Source of the DNA: Narcine bancroftii | Taxonomy: Eukaryota | Assembly (NCBI RefSeq): GCF_036971445.1 | Contig: NC_091477.1 | Coordinates: 123,008,001 to 123,072,000, forward strand | Reading direction: 5' to 3' | DNA length: 64,000 bases | In this document: positions 35,572 to 48,318 of the stretch, in pieces | Layout: each line of letters opens with the position of its first letter | Position numbering within the stretch: the first letter of the stretch is position 1 | Translations under genes and position numbers: made by a program | The notes under the pieces: generated by a model | Database searches by the model: none | The model's input: only the letters and a program-made list of their open reading frames with translations | Told to the model about the DNA's origin: nothing

Positions 35572-36392
35572 GAGAGGGGACAGGGAAGCAGAGAGAGGGG
35601 ACAGGGAAGCAGAGAGAGGGGACAGGGAAGCAGAGAGAGGGACAGGGAAGCAGAGAGAGGGGACAGGGAAGCAGAGAGAGGGGACAGGGAAGCAGAGAGA
35701 GGGGACAGGGAAGCAGAGAGAGGGGACAGGGAAGCAGAGAGAGGGGACAGGGAAGCAGAGAGAGGGGACAGGGAAGCAGAGAGAGGGGACAGGGAAGCAG
35801 AGAGAGGGGACAGGGAAGCAGAGAGAGGGGACAGGGAAGCAGAGAGAGGGGACAGGGAAGCAGAGAGAGGGGACAGGGAAGCAGAGAGAGGGGACAGGGA
35901 AGCAGAGAGAGGGGACAGGGAAGCAGAGAGAGGGGACAGGGAAGCAGAGAGAGGGGACAGGGAAGCAGAGAGAGGGGACAGGGAAGCAGAGAGAGGGGAC
36001 AGGGAAGCAGAGAGAGGGGACAGGGAAGCAGAGAGAGGGGACAGGGAAGCAGAGAGAGGGGACAGGGAAGCAGAGAGAGGGGACAGGGAAGCAGAGAGAG
36101 GGGACAGGGAAGCAGAGAGAGGGGACAGGGAAGCAGAGAGAGGGGACAGGGAAGCAGAGAGAGGGGACAGGGAAGCAGAGAGAGGGGACAGGGAAGCAGA
36201 GAGAGGGACAGGGAAGCAGAGAGAGGGGACAGGGAAGCAGAGAGAGGGGACAGGGAAGCAGAGAGAGGGGACAGGGAAGCAGAGAGAGGGGACAGGGAAG
36301 CAGAGAGAGGGGACAGGGAAGCAGAGAGAGGGGACAGGGAAGCAGAGAGAGGGGACAGGGAAGCAGAGAGAGGGGACAGGGAAGCAGAGAGA
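35572..36392. repeat. 21-bp purine-rich minisatellite GGGGACAGGGAAGCAGAGAGA, about 39 copies
   Basis: Directly visible, nearly perfect. Confidence 0.98.
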
Positions 36393-37029
36393 GTGGGGCA
36401 TGATGGGGGAGAGAGGGAGAAGAAAGAAGACGATAGGGCACAAAGGGATGGCCAATTCATCCCGAAATCCAAACTCTTAGCATGTCTCTGTCCATCCTTC
36501 ACCCTGCGCAGAATTCCGTATCTCCCGGAGACCTGCTCGTGGTTCCACACAGCGGGGAGCACGACAGGATGGAGACCTGCTCGTGGTTCCACACAGCGGG
36601 GAGCACGACAGGATGGAGACTGGCCAGGCAGTGGTTTCTGGGACTGAACAGTGAGCTCCTGTGGTTTTAGGTCGAGAGTCAAGGTCCTGAGTGATCGTCG
36701 TGCCTCCAGAGTGGCAGGGAGTCTCCTTTCTTGGGTGAGACATCAGTCCCTCAATGAAGGCAGCATTGTGGACGAGAAGCTGGTCACCATCCCCTCTTGA
36801 ACAGACTCAGTCTGTCCACCACTTGCAGAGTGTTTCTGTCTTCTCTCTGACCTCACCCAGTCTGAGGTAAACCACATCCTTGCACTGCTGGCAGGTAGAT
36901 AAGCAAGCAGCACTTCAACTCCCCACCATCCCCTCTTCGTCACTCACTCCACTGGAACCATTCCGTATGGAGACAACCCACCTGACCCCCACCCCTGGAC
37001 TCACCTGTACCGACTCCGACCCCCTACAC

Positions 37030-37225
37030 CCGCCCGTACTGACCCCATCCCCTACACCTGCCCGTACTGACCCCCACCCCCCTTAATCCGCCCGTACTGA
37101 CCCCCACCCCCCCTAATCCGCCCGTACTGACCCCCACCCCCCCTAATCCGCCCGTACTGACCCCCACCCCCCCTAATCCGCCCGTACTGACCCCTACCCC
37201 CCCCTAATCCGCCCGTACTGACCCC
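37030..37225. repeat. About 30-bp minisatellite CCGCCCGTACTGACCCCCACCCCCCCTAAT, about 6 copies
   Basis: Directly visible. Confidence 0.92.
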
Positions 37226-38439
37226 ATCCTCTACTTCCACCCATGTTATGTGGCGATGTGGGAACGTGTCGTGTCTGTAGACAGTTTCGCGGCGAGGTGC
37301 GCACCTACCTGACCCCAGGATAACTCGTCCGTGGAATCCTCCATCTGTGTTCAAAGTGGCAGCGGGGCCCTTGGTGCTGTGGAGATGCCTCTGACTGTGT
37401 GGCACTCCCTCACCACTGCAGATTTCTGTGCTCATGAGCCCTTGGCCTTGGCTGGGTTCCTACAGTGTGGCTTGGCCTCCTTCAGTGTGACTGTACTTGG
37501 CTGTTACCGAGCGGTGTTGCACTCACGGCTTCCTCTGCTTCAGGCCCCCACTGAGAAGGCTGACTAGCGGATTCCATTCTGTGATTGCTGGTGAATGAAG
37601 CATTTCTGATTCTCGAAAGCTGTAGTCAGTGCTCAAAAATCTTCATCACCGGGGCTAATTTTTAAAACTCTGGGCATTTTGCTGTTTGATCTCCTTCATT
37701 GGAAAATGTGAGTTGCTGTTTCTGTGGGCATCTCATTCAGTGAGAGTACTCGGGTTTGACTGGGCCCCAGTCAAGGGGTAGCCCATCCCATACCCCTTCC
37801 TTCGCCTGGTGCCTGTGGCCTTTCTGGTGTCAGAGATCACCTGTATTTCTGCTCGAGCCAGGGTCTCCAATTCTCTGGTCCTTGCTCCTGCTCTTCACAG
37901 CAGCCCAAACTACTGCTGGACACCCCACCCTACCCCTTGCAGCATGTTGTGGGGAGGGGGGGAGCTCATGGAAGGGGCTGAAGGGTTAAATTGTCAACAG
38001 AGATGACCAGTGGGAGGGGTGGGGGGGAACAGTAGGGTTCATGGTCCAGTGAAAGAGGTGGGGGAAACAGTGGGGTGGATGGACCGGTGGGGTGGGTGGG
38101 GTGGGGTGGGGGGAATGGTTGATGGACCAATGGGGAGAACGGTGGGATGGACTGACTAGTGGGTGGGGTGGGGGAAATGGTGGGGTGGATGGACCAGTGG
38201 GTGCAGTGGAGGGAATGGTGGGGGGAACAGACTGGTGAGTGGGGTGGGGGAATGGTGGAGTGGATGGTCCAGTGGTTGTGGTTGGGGGAACAATGGGGTG
38301 GATGGAGCATTGGGTGGGGTGTGGTCAGTACTGCTTCCACTTGGTTTCTATTTGTATTAACTATTTGGATGACAATATAGTTGGCAGGGGTAGGAAAGGT
38401 TTCGTGGCGTGTGGACAGAAACACTGGAAAATGGGCCAA

Positions 38440-38572
38440 GCCCAGGCAGACACCACCATGTCTGTCCATGGTTTCACGCACGGCCAGACTGAGACAACCC
38501 GCAAATGAGGACCTACACCATCTTCTGTCTGGGCCCCTCCAACCAGATGGCATTAACATTGACTTCTCCTTA
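38440..38572 (+). mobile_element. Penelope-like element GIY-YIG C-terminal remnant
   Basis: MSVHGFTHGQTETTRK then frameshifted LQPDGINIDFS, resembling the end of Penelope-like GIY-YIG ORFs. Confidence 0.6.
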
Positions 38573-41500
38573 ATCCCCCCCTCCCCACCATCTATCCCCC
38601 CCTCCCCACCATCTATCCCCCCCTCCCCACCATCTATCCCCCCCTCCCCACCATCTATCCCCCCCTCCCCACCATCTATCCCCCCCTCCCCACCATCTAT
38701 CCCCCCTCCCCACCATCTATCCCCCCCTCCCCACCATCTATCCCCCCCTCCCCACCATCTATCCCCCCCCTCCCCACCATCTATCCCCCCCTCCCCACCA
38801 TCTATCCCCCCCTCCCCACCATCTATCCCCCCCTCCCCACCATCTATCCCCCCCCTCCCCACCATCTATCCCCCCCTCCCCACCATCTATCCCCCCTCCC
38901 CACCATCTATCCCCCCCTCCCCACCACTATCCCCCCCTCCCCACCATCTATCCCCCCCTCCCCACCATCTATCCCCCCCTCCCCACCATCTATCCCCCCC
39001 TCCCCACCATCTATCCCCCCCTCCCCACCATCTATCCCCCCCTCCCCACCATCTATCCCCCCCTCCCCACCATCTATCCCCCCCTCCCCACCATCTATCC
39101 CCCCCTCCCCACCATCTATCCCCCCCCTCCCCACCATCTATCCCCCCCCTCCCCACCATCTATCCCCCCCTCCCCACCATCTATCCCCCCCTCCCCACCA
39201 TCTATCCCCCCACCCCACCATCTATCCCCCCCTCCCCACCATCTATCCCCCCCTCCCCACCATCTATCCCCCCCTCCCCACCATCTATCCCCCCCTCCCC
39301 ACCATCTATCCCCCCCTCCCCACCATCTATCCCCCCCTCCCCACCATCTATCCCCCCCTCCCCACCATCTATCCCCCCCTCCCCACCATCTATCCCCCCC
39401 TCCCCACCATCTATCCCCCCCTCCCCACCATCTATCCCCCCCTCCCCACCATCTATCCCCCCCTCCCCACCATCTATCCCCCCCTCCCCACCATCTATCC
39501 CCCCCTCCCCACCATCTATCCCCCCCTCCCCACCATCTATCCCCCCCTCCCCACCATCTATCCCCCCCTCCCCACCATCTATCCCCCCCTCCCCACCATC
39601 TATCCCCCCCTCCCCACCATCTATCCCCCCCTCCCCACCATCTATCCCCCCCTCCCCACCATCTATCCCCCCCTCCCCACCATCTATCCCCCCCTCCCCA
39701 CCATCTATCCCCCCCTCCCCACCATCTATCCCCCCCTCCCCACCATCTATCCCCCCCTCCCCACCATCTATCCCCCCCTCCCCACCATCTATCCCCCCCT
39801 CCCCACCATCTATCCCCCCCTCCCCACCATCTATCCCCCCCTCCCCACCATCTATCCCCCCCTCCCCACCATCTATCCCCCCCTCCCCACCATCTATCCC
39901 CCCCTCCCCACCATCTATCCCCCCCTCCCCACCATCTATCCCCCCCTCCCCACCATCTATCCCCCCCTCCCCACCATCTATCCCCCCCTCCCCACCATCT
40001 ATCCCCCCCTCCCCACCATCTATCCCCCCCTCCCCACCATCTATCCCCCCCTCCCCACCATCTATCCCCCCCTCCCCACCATCTATCCCCCCCTCCCCAC
40101 CATCTATCCCCCCCTCCCCACCATCTATCCCCCCCTCCCCACCATCTATCCCCCCCTCCCCACCATCTATCCCCCCCTCCCCACCATCTATCCCCCCCTC
40201 CCCACCATCTATCCCCCCCTCCCCACCATCTATCCCCCCCTCCCCACCATCTATCCCCCCCTCCCCACCATCTATCCCCCCCTCCCCACCATCTATCCCC
40301 CCCTCCCCACCATCTATCCCCCCCTCCCCACCATCTATCCCCCCCTCCCCACCATCTATCCCCCCCTCCCCACCATCTATCCCCCCCTCCCCACCATCTA
40401 TCCCCCCCTCCCCACCATCTATCCCCCCCTCCCCACCATCTATCCCCCCCTCCCCACCATCTATCCCCCCCTCCCCACCATCTATCCCCCCCTCCCCACC
40501 ATCTATCCCCCCCTCCCCACCATCTATCCCCCCCTCCCCACCATCTATCCCCCCCTCCCCACCATCTATCCCCCCCTCCCCACCATCTATCCCCCCCTCC
40601 CCACCATCTATCCCCCCCTCCCCACCATCTATCCCCCCCTCCCCACCATCTATCCCCCCCTCCCCACCATCTATCCCCCCCTCCCCACCATCTATCCCCC
40701 CCTCCCCACCATCTATCCCCCCCTCCCCACCATCTATCCCCCCCTCCCCACCATCTATCCCCCCCTCCCCACCATCTATCCCCCCCTCCCCACCATCTAT
40801 CCCCCCCTCCCCACCATCTATCCCCCCCTCCCCACCATCTATCCCCCCCTCCCCACCATCTATCCCCCCCTCCCCACCATCTATCCCCCCCTCCCCACCA
40901 TCTATCCCCCCCTCCCCACCATCTATCCCCCCCTCCCCACCATCTATCCCCCCCTCCCCACCATCTATCCCCCCCTCCCCACCATCTATCCCCCCCTCCC
41001 CACCATCTATCCCCCCCTCCCCACCATCTATCCCCCCCTCCCCACCATCTATCCCCCCCTCCCCACCATCTATCCCCCCCTCCCCACCATCTATCCCCCC
41101 CTCCCCACCATCTATCCCCCCCTCCCCACCATCTATCCCCCCCTCCCCACCATCTATCCCCCCCTCCCCACCATCTATCCCCCCCTCCCCACCATCTATC
41201 CCCCCCTCCCCACCATCTATCCCCCCCTCCCCACCATCTATCCCCCCCTCCCCACCATCTATCCCCCCCTCCCCACCATCTATCCCCCCCTCCCCACCAT
41301 CTATCCCCCCCTCCCCACCATCTATCCCCCCCTCCCCACCATCTATCCCCCCCTCCCCACCATCTATCCCCCCCCTCCCCACCATCTATCCCCCCCTCCC
41401 CACCATCTATCCCCCCCCTCCCCACCATCTATCCCCCCCTCCCCACCATCTATCCCCCCCTCCCCACCATCTATCCCCCCCTCCCCACCATCTATCCCCC

Positions 41501-42360
41501 CCTCCCCACCATCTATCCCCCCCTCCCCACCATCTATCCCCCCCTCCCCACCATCTATCCCCCCCTCCCCACCATCTATCCCCCCCTCCCCACCATCTAT
41601 CCCCCCCTCCCCACCATCTATCCCCCCCTCCCCACCATCTATCCCCCCCTCCCCACCATCTATCCCCCCCTCCCCACCATCTATCCCCCCCTCCCCACCA
41701 TCTATCCCCCCCTCCCCACCATCTATCCCCCCCTCCCCACCATCTATCCCCCCCTCCCCACCATCTATCCCCCCCTCCCCACCATCTATCCCCCCCTCCC
41801 CACCATCTATCCCCCCCTCCCCACCATCTATCCCCCCCTCCCCACCATCTATCCCCCCCTCCCCACCATCTATCCCCCCCTCCCCACCATCTATCCCCCC
41901 CTCCCCACCATCTATCCCCCCCTCCCCACCATCTATCCCCCCCTCCCCACCATCTATCCCCCCCTCCCCACCATCTATCCCCCCCTCCCCACCATCTATC
42001 CCCCCCTCCCCACCATCTATCCCCCCCTCCCCACCATCTATCCCCCCCTCCCCACCATCTATCCCCCCCTCCCCACCATCTATCCCCCCCTCCCCACCAT
42101 CTATCCCCCCCTCCCCACCATCTATCCCCCCCTCCCCACCATCTATCCCCCCCTCCCCACCATCTATCCCCCCCTCCCCACCATCTATCCCCCCCTCCCC
42201 ACCATCTATCCCCCCCTCCCCACCATCTATCCCCCCCTCCCCACCATCTATCCTCCCCTCCCCACCATCTATCCCCCCCTCCCCACCATCTATCCCCCCC
42301 TCCCCACCATCTATCCCCCCCTCCCCACCATCTATCCCCCCCTCCCCACCATCTATCCCC
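38573..42360. repeat. 21-bp minisatellite CCCCCCCTCCCCACCATCTAT, about 180 copies (3.8 kb)
   Basis: Directly visible; very homogeneous; G-tracts on the minus strand. Confidence 0.99.
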
Positions 42361-42889
42361 TTACCAATTAACCCTGTGTCTCCCCCCCCCACCCCACATA
42401 GCCATCAGGCTCCTGAATGATCCCCACATCAGTGGTCTTGTGCTGTTCTTGCTTGATGCTAATTGATCTTCCTTTTCATGGTAATCCTGCACGGTAGAAA
42501 TTGTGTCCCTTCCACGTGTGTAGTGTTAGAGATGACCAGTTAGACTGCTCTCAGAAGAACCCATCTCACTGGACTAGGCATTCTGTGATAATTAGAATGT
42601 GGAAGAATGAGTGGAGATCTTGTCAAGATGTATGAAGTTCTCTCAGTGCTGGTGGGGTGGATGTAGGGAGGTGATTCGTCTGCCATGGGTGCTGGGACAG
42701 CAGTGGCAGTCTTGGAATGAGGTCTGCGACAGGGAGGAAAGGACTGTGAATCTGGGGATTCACAATCAGCATCACCTTGCTGCGTGACAGCACAGTCAAG
42801 GGGCAGAATGGTCTGCTCAATTGGCCTTTGGAGGGATTAGTGGGCCAGATGGTGGGGAGGGTTCTCGCAACACACTGCCTGATAGATGA

Positions 42890-43430
42890 CATAGGATCAG
42901 AAAAAGGCTATTCAGCCCATCGAGCCCACCCCACCATTTAATCATGGGCTGATCTATTTTCTCCTCTCAATGCCTGGCCTATCCCCATAACATTTGATGC
43001 CCTATCTAATCAAGAATCAATCAATCTCTGCCCAATGACCTGGCCTCGACAACTGCCTGTGGTCATAAATTCCACAGATTCACCTCCCTCTGGCTGAAGA
43101 AATTCCTCCACATCTCTGGTCTAAGTGGATACCCTTCAATCCTGAAGTTGTGTCCTCTTGTCCCAGACTCTCCCACCTTGGGAAACAACCTCTCTACATC
43201 TACTGCATCTAGGCCTTTCAACGTTTGAATTGCTTCAATGAGATCCACCCTCATTCTCTTAAATTCCAACGAGTCCAGGCCAAGATCTGTCAAATGCTCC
43301 TCATAATCCTTTCATTCCCAGAATTATCCTTGTGAACCTCTTCTGAACCCACTCCAATGTCAGCAGCCCTTTAAATGATGAGCCCAAATCTTCTCACAAT
43401 AGTCCATGAGGTCTCACCAGTGCCTTAGAG
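42890..43430 (-). mobile_element. CR1 3' fragment
   Basis: LGLDSLEFKRMRVDLIE...TRGHNFRIEG...RNFFSQREVNLWNL. Confidence 0.9.
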
Positions 43431-45639
43431 CAGTCATTGATCCCATAAATTATGACAGTGAGATGGTCTTCCTGCTGAGACACTGCAGAAAGAGGGAGGT
43501 GGTTGAGGGTCTCCTGTAAATGAGATGGGACGTTGGAGGTGAGAGCATGGCTTAGTAACAGAGTGCTGGGCATGGGGTAGAGATTCAGGCTGTGGAGGAG
43601 CTGGTTCAGAGAAGGAAGCTGGCAGAGCAACATTGACTGGAAGGCGATTTCCTCACGTCCGCCCATCGGGCGCAGCCTGACGATTTCCAGTGTGTGGTGA
43701 TATGGCAGAGCTGGGGGTGGGGTCGCAACAGGAGATTTGTGCAAGGATTGGCCCCTGAGGGACTCTACTATGGATGGGGTGACGTGCAGGAGAAGACTGG
43801 AGTCCTCAGTGATTTGGAGTTAGGGCTGTAAAATCACAATCCTAAACACAGCTGGTCAAACAGAGTGCATTATATGTATCTATCCTCGCTGTATAAAGTG
43901 GGCTGTTTGACGAGCTGAGTTTCTCCAGCATTGTAATTTTACCACAGTGTCTGCAGGCTCGTGTTTTACTGCGGTTCGGACTGTGTTGTTCTGAATTACC
44001 TTGAGAGAGGTGTTGTGAGAGAATGCAACAAAAATGTGACTGTTACGTGGGTAGGTACTTGTGTTGTGTTTGAGCCTGTCGAGGACACACTGATAGGATT
44101 AGCTGGAACTCTGCCTTGTTAGTCACCCATCTCCAGAATAATGATGAGTCTGTCCTTGGTCACAGTGAGTTGGTGCACGATCAATGCCTAAATATATGTA
44201 ACGCCGAGAGCCTTTGGCAGGTGAAGCTCAGCAAATCCACACACTTCTCAACAGCTGGAAGAGGTGTCACCCATTAAATTCTAGCATTGCCAAGCTCCAA
44301 CAGCCGCAGCAGGGATATACTTCTGGCCCAACACAGCTTCATCAAAACATTCCTGCTGTTCTGTTAGTTCTGTATTGGGACAGGGGGTATAATGGGGATT
44401 AGTCCCTGAGCGGGGACGGGGGAGATTAGTTCCTGAGTGGGGATGGAGCAGGGGAGATTAGTTCCTGAGTGGGGATGGGGGGGGGGAATTAGTTCCAGAG
44501 TGGGGACGGAGTGTGGGGGGATTAGTTCCAGAGTGGGGGATTTGTCCTAGAGTAGGCTGTGTGGGATTTGTCCTAGAGTAGGCTGTGTGGGGGTGGGGGA
44601 TTAATTCCAGATAGGGACGTGGAGAGTTACCTGTGTTACCCTACTGTGATATCACCATCTGCTGATCCCATGTGTGGGCTGCTTTGCCTGGATCGTTTGT
44701 GTTTATTGTTACTGAAATGATTGGGGTTATTCTGTGAGCAGACCAGTGCACATCTTGAACATAGTACAAGCCAGAGAGTGCAAAGTTATAGAGTGTGATG
44801 AGTAGGTAGGTACAGAGTAAAGATCACGTAGTTTCACTGTTCTGTGATTGACTCAGGTCTCTGATAACGGTGGGATGGAAACTCCTTGAATCTGGTGGAA
44901 CACACACCATTAAACACCGCTCTATCTCCCTACTCATGACAGAAAACAACTCAATTCACCGTTTCTTCACCACTGCCCCAGTACCTTGCTCTCTCACTTC
45001 ATAGCAATCATTCTGAAATACCCCCACTCATTCCCCCTTACAGCCCTGAACATTCCAACCGATTCCTGAAACCTCTCCCCATTTCATAAATCCAGGTTGC
45101 TCTCCCGAGTCCTGGTATTATTTTCCATTCCCATTTCCTACACTCTCTCCATCCCCCTCTTGTCGGCAACAAGCTCGGCCCCACAAATCTGTTTTCTTTA
45201 TTAAATCACAGGTTCTTTCTGCTACTTCCAAGCCGGAGAAATAATTTCAGGTCCGACTTCATGTGGAACAAACTTCAGAAAATTGTTGCCGTAGCCAAGC
45301 CTTCAGAAGAGGCACAGTGTCTGCATGGATTGTAGTCGTGTGCCAAAGTCTGCTGGTCGTTTTGCCCCAGGAGAGGGAAGCAGAGTAAACGAGCAGAACT
45401 TTATCCCATTTAATCGGGGTGTTGCCTGTTGCAAGCAGCTGCTCTCAGCTCCCCCCCCCCCCCAAAGGAATGGGAGAGAAAGAGTTTATTGTCAAATACC
45501 TCTGTGCAGTGTTCCATGTCCATATACATGTTCTGCTTGCTGTAGCTTCCAGTCACACAAAACACAAGGCAGCAAAATATCAAGTCACCGAGAGGGGAAA
45601 GACTAATAAATATAAAAGGAAGAGAAAATACAATATTTA

Positions 45640-45875
45640 ATTTTTAAAAAAATGAAACAACACAATAGAAAGCCCTTTTGGCCATTTAAACCCATGCTGC
45701 CCAATTACTACCCCCCCCCCCCCCCATGAACCTACTGACCACGTGCATTTGAACGATGGGAGGAAACTGGAGCCCCCGGAGATAACCCACACAAACATGG
45801 GGAGAATGTACAAATTCCTTACAGACAGTGCTGGATTTGAACCCGAGTCACTGATGTGGTGATCGTGTGGCGTCA
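45640..45875 (-). mobile_element. tRNA-derived SINE
   Basis: Reverse complement of GGGTTCAAATCCAGCACTGTCTGTAAGGAATTTGTACATTCTCCCC matches the 7260 copy. Confidence 0.75.
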
Positions 45876-46641
45876 AAAATTCCTCCTTTTTTTTGCAGTA
45901 ACGGAAAACAACACTTTTGCAGAAAAAGTGATCTGTCAGTTACGCACTCGGATGCTTTGGTAGGACCGGAATAATTCATGGTGAGGTTCAGGGAAGTTCA
46001 AGACTTCAGTGCTCTGTGGTTAGTAAGGGATTAGATGGTATGTGAATGGAAGAAAAAGGTGGAGAACCCACTGGTTTAGGAAAATAAAAACACAAAGCTG
46101 GAGAAATTCAGAAGGTCAATCTGTGTGCTTTATACAGCCCACATTTTGTCACACCTTGATGAAGAGCTCAAGCCAAAATGTTGGTTATGTATTCAACCAC
46201 GGTGTCTGCAGACTTTGGTGTTAACCACTGTTCTGGAGCCAGATAGCTGTTGGTAAGAAACTGTTCTTGAACCTAGAGATGCTGGCTTCAGGCTTCTGTA
46301 TCTTCTGCCTGAAGATAGCAGCGAGAAGATGTTGTGACCAGGGTGATGGAGGCCCTTCTTGAGGTTTCACCTCACATCGATGTCTGCAGAGGATGGGAGG
46401 TTGGAGCTTGTGACGGAACTAGCTGGCTTGCTACGTAAGGCAATCGAATTTCCAAACCAGGCTTTGATGCAACCAGTTGGTTTACGTTGTTCCAGTAGTG
46501 CACTGCAGAATTTTGATGGCGTATCCAAAGATGTGCCAAATTTCCTCAGACTTTCCTTAGGAGGTAGAGATGCCAGTGTGTCTTCTTCACGCTTGCCTCT
46601 GTGTTGGCTCCAGCAGAGGTTCGCTGAAACATGGACTCCCC

Positions 46642-47330
46642 GGATTGAAGGCAGATAAATCCCAAGGGCCTGATAATCTACATCCTAGGGTACTTAAGGA
46701 AGTGGCCATTCAGATAACAGATGCTTTAAGAATTATTTTCCAGAACTCGATAGACTCAGGATCAGTACCCATGGATTGGAGGGTAGCTAATGTTACCCCA
46801 CTATTTAAAAAGTGGGGTAGAGAAAAAGCGGGGAATTATAGGCCGGTGAGCCTTACATCAGTAGTGGGAATGACTTATGAGGAAAGATTGCGCAAATTGG
46901 GATTGTACTCGCTGGAGTTTAGAAGATTGAGAGGGGATCTCATAGAGACCTATAAAATTCTGGCAGGACTGGACAGAATGGATGCAGATGGGATGTTTCC
47001 AAGGATGGGAAAATCCAGAACCCGGGGCCATGGTTTGAGGATAATAGGCAATCCATTTAGGGCCGAGATGAGGAGGAATTTCTTTACCCAGAGGGTGGTG
47101 AATCTGTGGAATTCATTGCCACAGAGGGCAGTAGAGGCAGGTTCATTAAATCTATTTAAGATGGAATTAGATCTGTTTCTTCAGTATAAGGGTATTAAAG
47201 GTTACAGAGAGAAGGCGTGGACGGGGTACTGAACTTTAAGATCAGCCATGATCTCGTTGAATGGCGGAACAGGCTCGAAGGGCCGAATGACCTACTCCTG
47301 CTCCTATCTTCTATGTTTCTGTGTTTCTAT
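46642..47330 (+). mobile_element. Well-preserved CR1 with in-frame deletion of the RT core
   Basis: KSQGPDNLHPRVLKE...GNYRPVSLTSVVG fused directly to MTYEERLRKLGLYSLEFRRLRGDLIETYK...; stop at 47232; TTTCTATG-like 3' tail. Confidence 0.9.
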
Positions 47331-48084
47331 TAAGCCTCTAAACATCTCTGCCTCCGTCCGATCAGTGCAGATAGATGTGTGCTCCCTCAGTCTCTCCTCC
47401 CTAAAATAACAATGGAGGGGCATTCAGCATCAAAGGGTCATTGTGTGGGTGATCTTCCCGTGTCCCCTTCACTCCCAGCCTGGGAATGGCCCAAACTCTT
47501 GGCTGTTCGGATCCCAACTGGCCAACACCGTGGGTGGGTGGGGGATGGACCCTTTGAAACCACTTACTTTAGTCCTGCACCGATCATGAACATTACAGTC
47601 TCTCCAAGGATCTGTGATGTGGACCATTTGCTGGCAGTACCAGGACAGCGATGGTGGGAGTCCCCAGAGCAGGGCAGGTCCTTGCTAGATCTGGGTCGGC
47701 ATTGGGGCCAAATCCGGAAACAAGTGTTGGAAAGTATCAGGTGTCCCTGGTCTGAGCCGCAGTATCCAAGCCAGGGGTCCAGTCTGAGCTTCAAGGTCCG
47801 GCCTTTGGCGTCCAGTCTGAGCTGTGGGGTCTGGTCTGATCCTCAGGTCTAGTCTGTGGGATTTGGTTTGAGCCACAGGGTCTAGTATAAGCCTCAAGGT
47901 CCGGTCCGTGGGGTCTGGTCTGAGCTGCAGGGTCCTGCACAGGAATGTGTGTTTGAGAGACTCAGTGTGAGAAGTACAGTAATGCTGGAGTCACTGACTC
48001 ACCTCGTTCCCAGTCACTCCAGTACAATGGTGCAGAAATCCCAGATGTGTGTCACTGAGAATGAACCAGTTGTCCGGGTGGTGT

Positions 48085-48318
48085 GTCTGCACCTCTATGA
48101 AATCATCGCAGGTAGGACGTCCATTCCCAGCACTGCCTCCAGCAGGTCATGTGGATGGTGGCTGAGCTCTGCCCTTTGTCACAGTTTCCTGCACCATCCT
48201 CATTGCCTTCGGCCCCTTCGTGTCCAGAATCTTCCAATCTCTGGGTTGAATGCCTTGTTCATTATCACATGAACCGAGATACAGTGACTATTTCTGTTTT
48301 GTTTACTATCCAGTGAAG
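48085..48318 (+). repeat. Near-identical dispersed copy of 54907-55139 (P3H2 exon-3 end, donor site, start of intron 3)
   Basis: 234 vs 233 bp; one indel and one substitution seen by eye. Confidence 0.95.

Noticed and set aside
35279-36682. ORFs of about 300-470 aa
   Set aside because: Artefacts of the 21-bp array.
38381-42466. 1361-aa Pro-rich ORF and antisense Gly-rich ORFs
   Set aside because: Translation of a stop-free 21-bp minisatellite, open in several frames on both strands; no gene structure.
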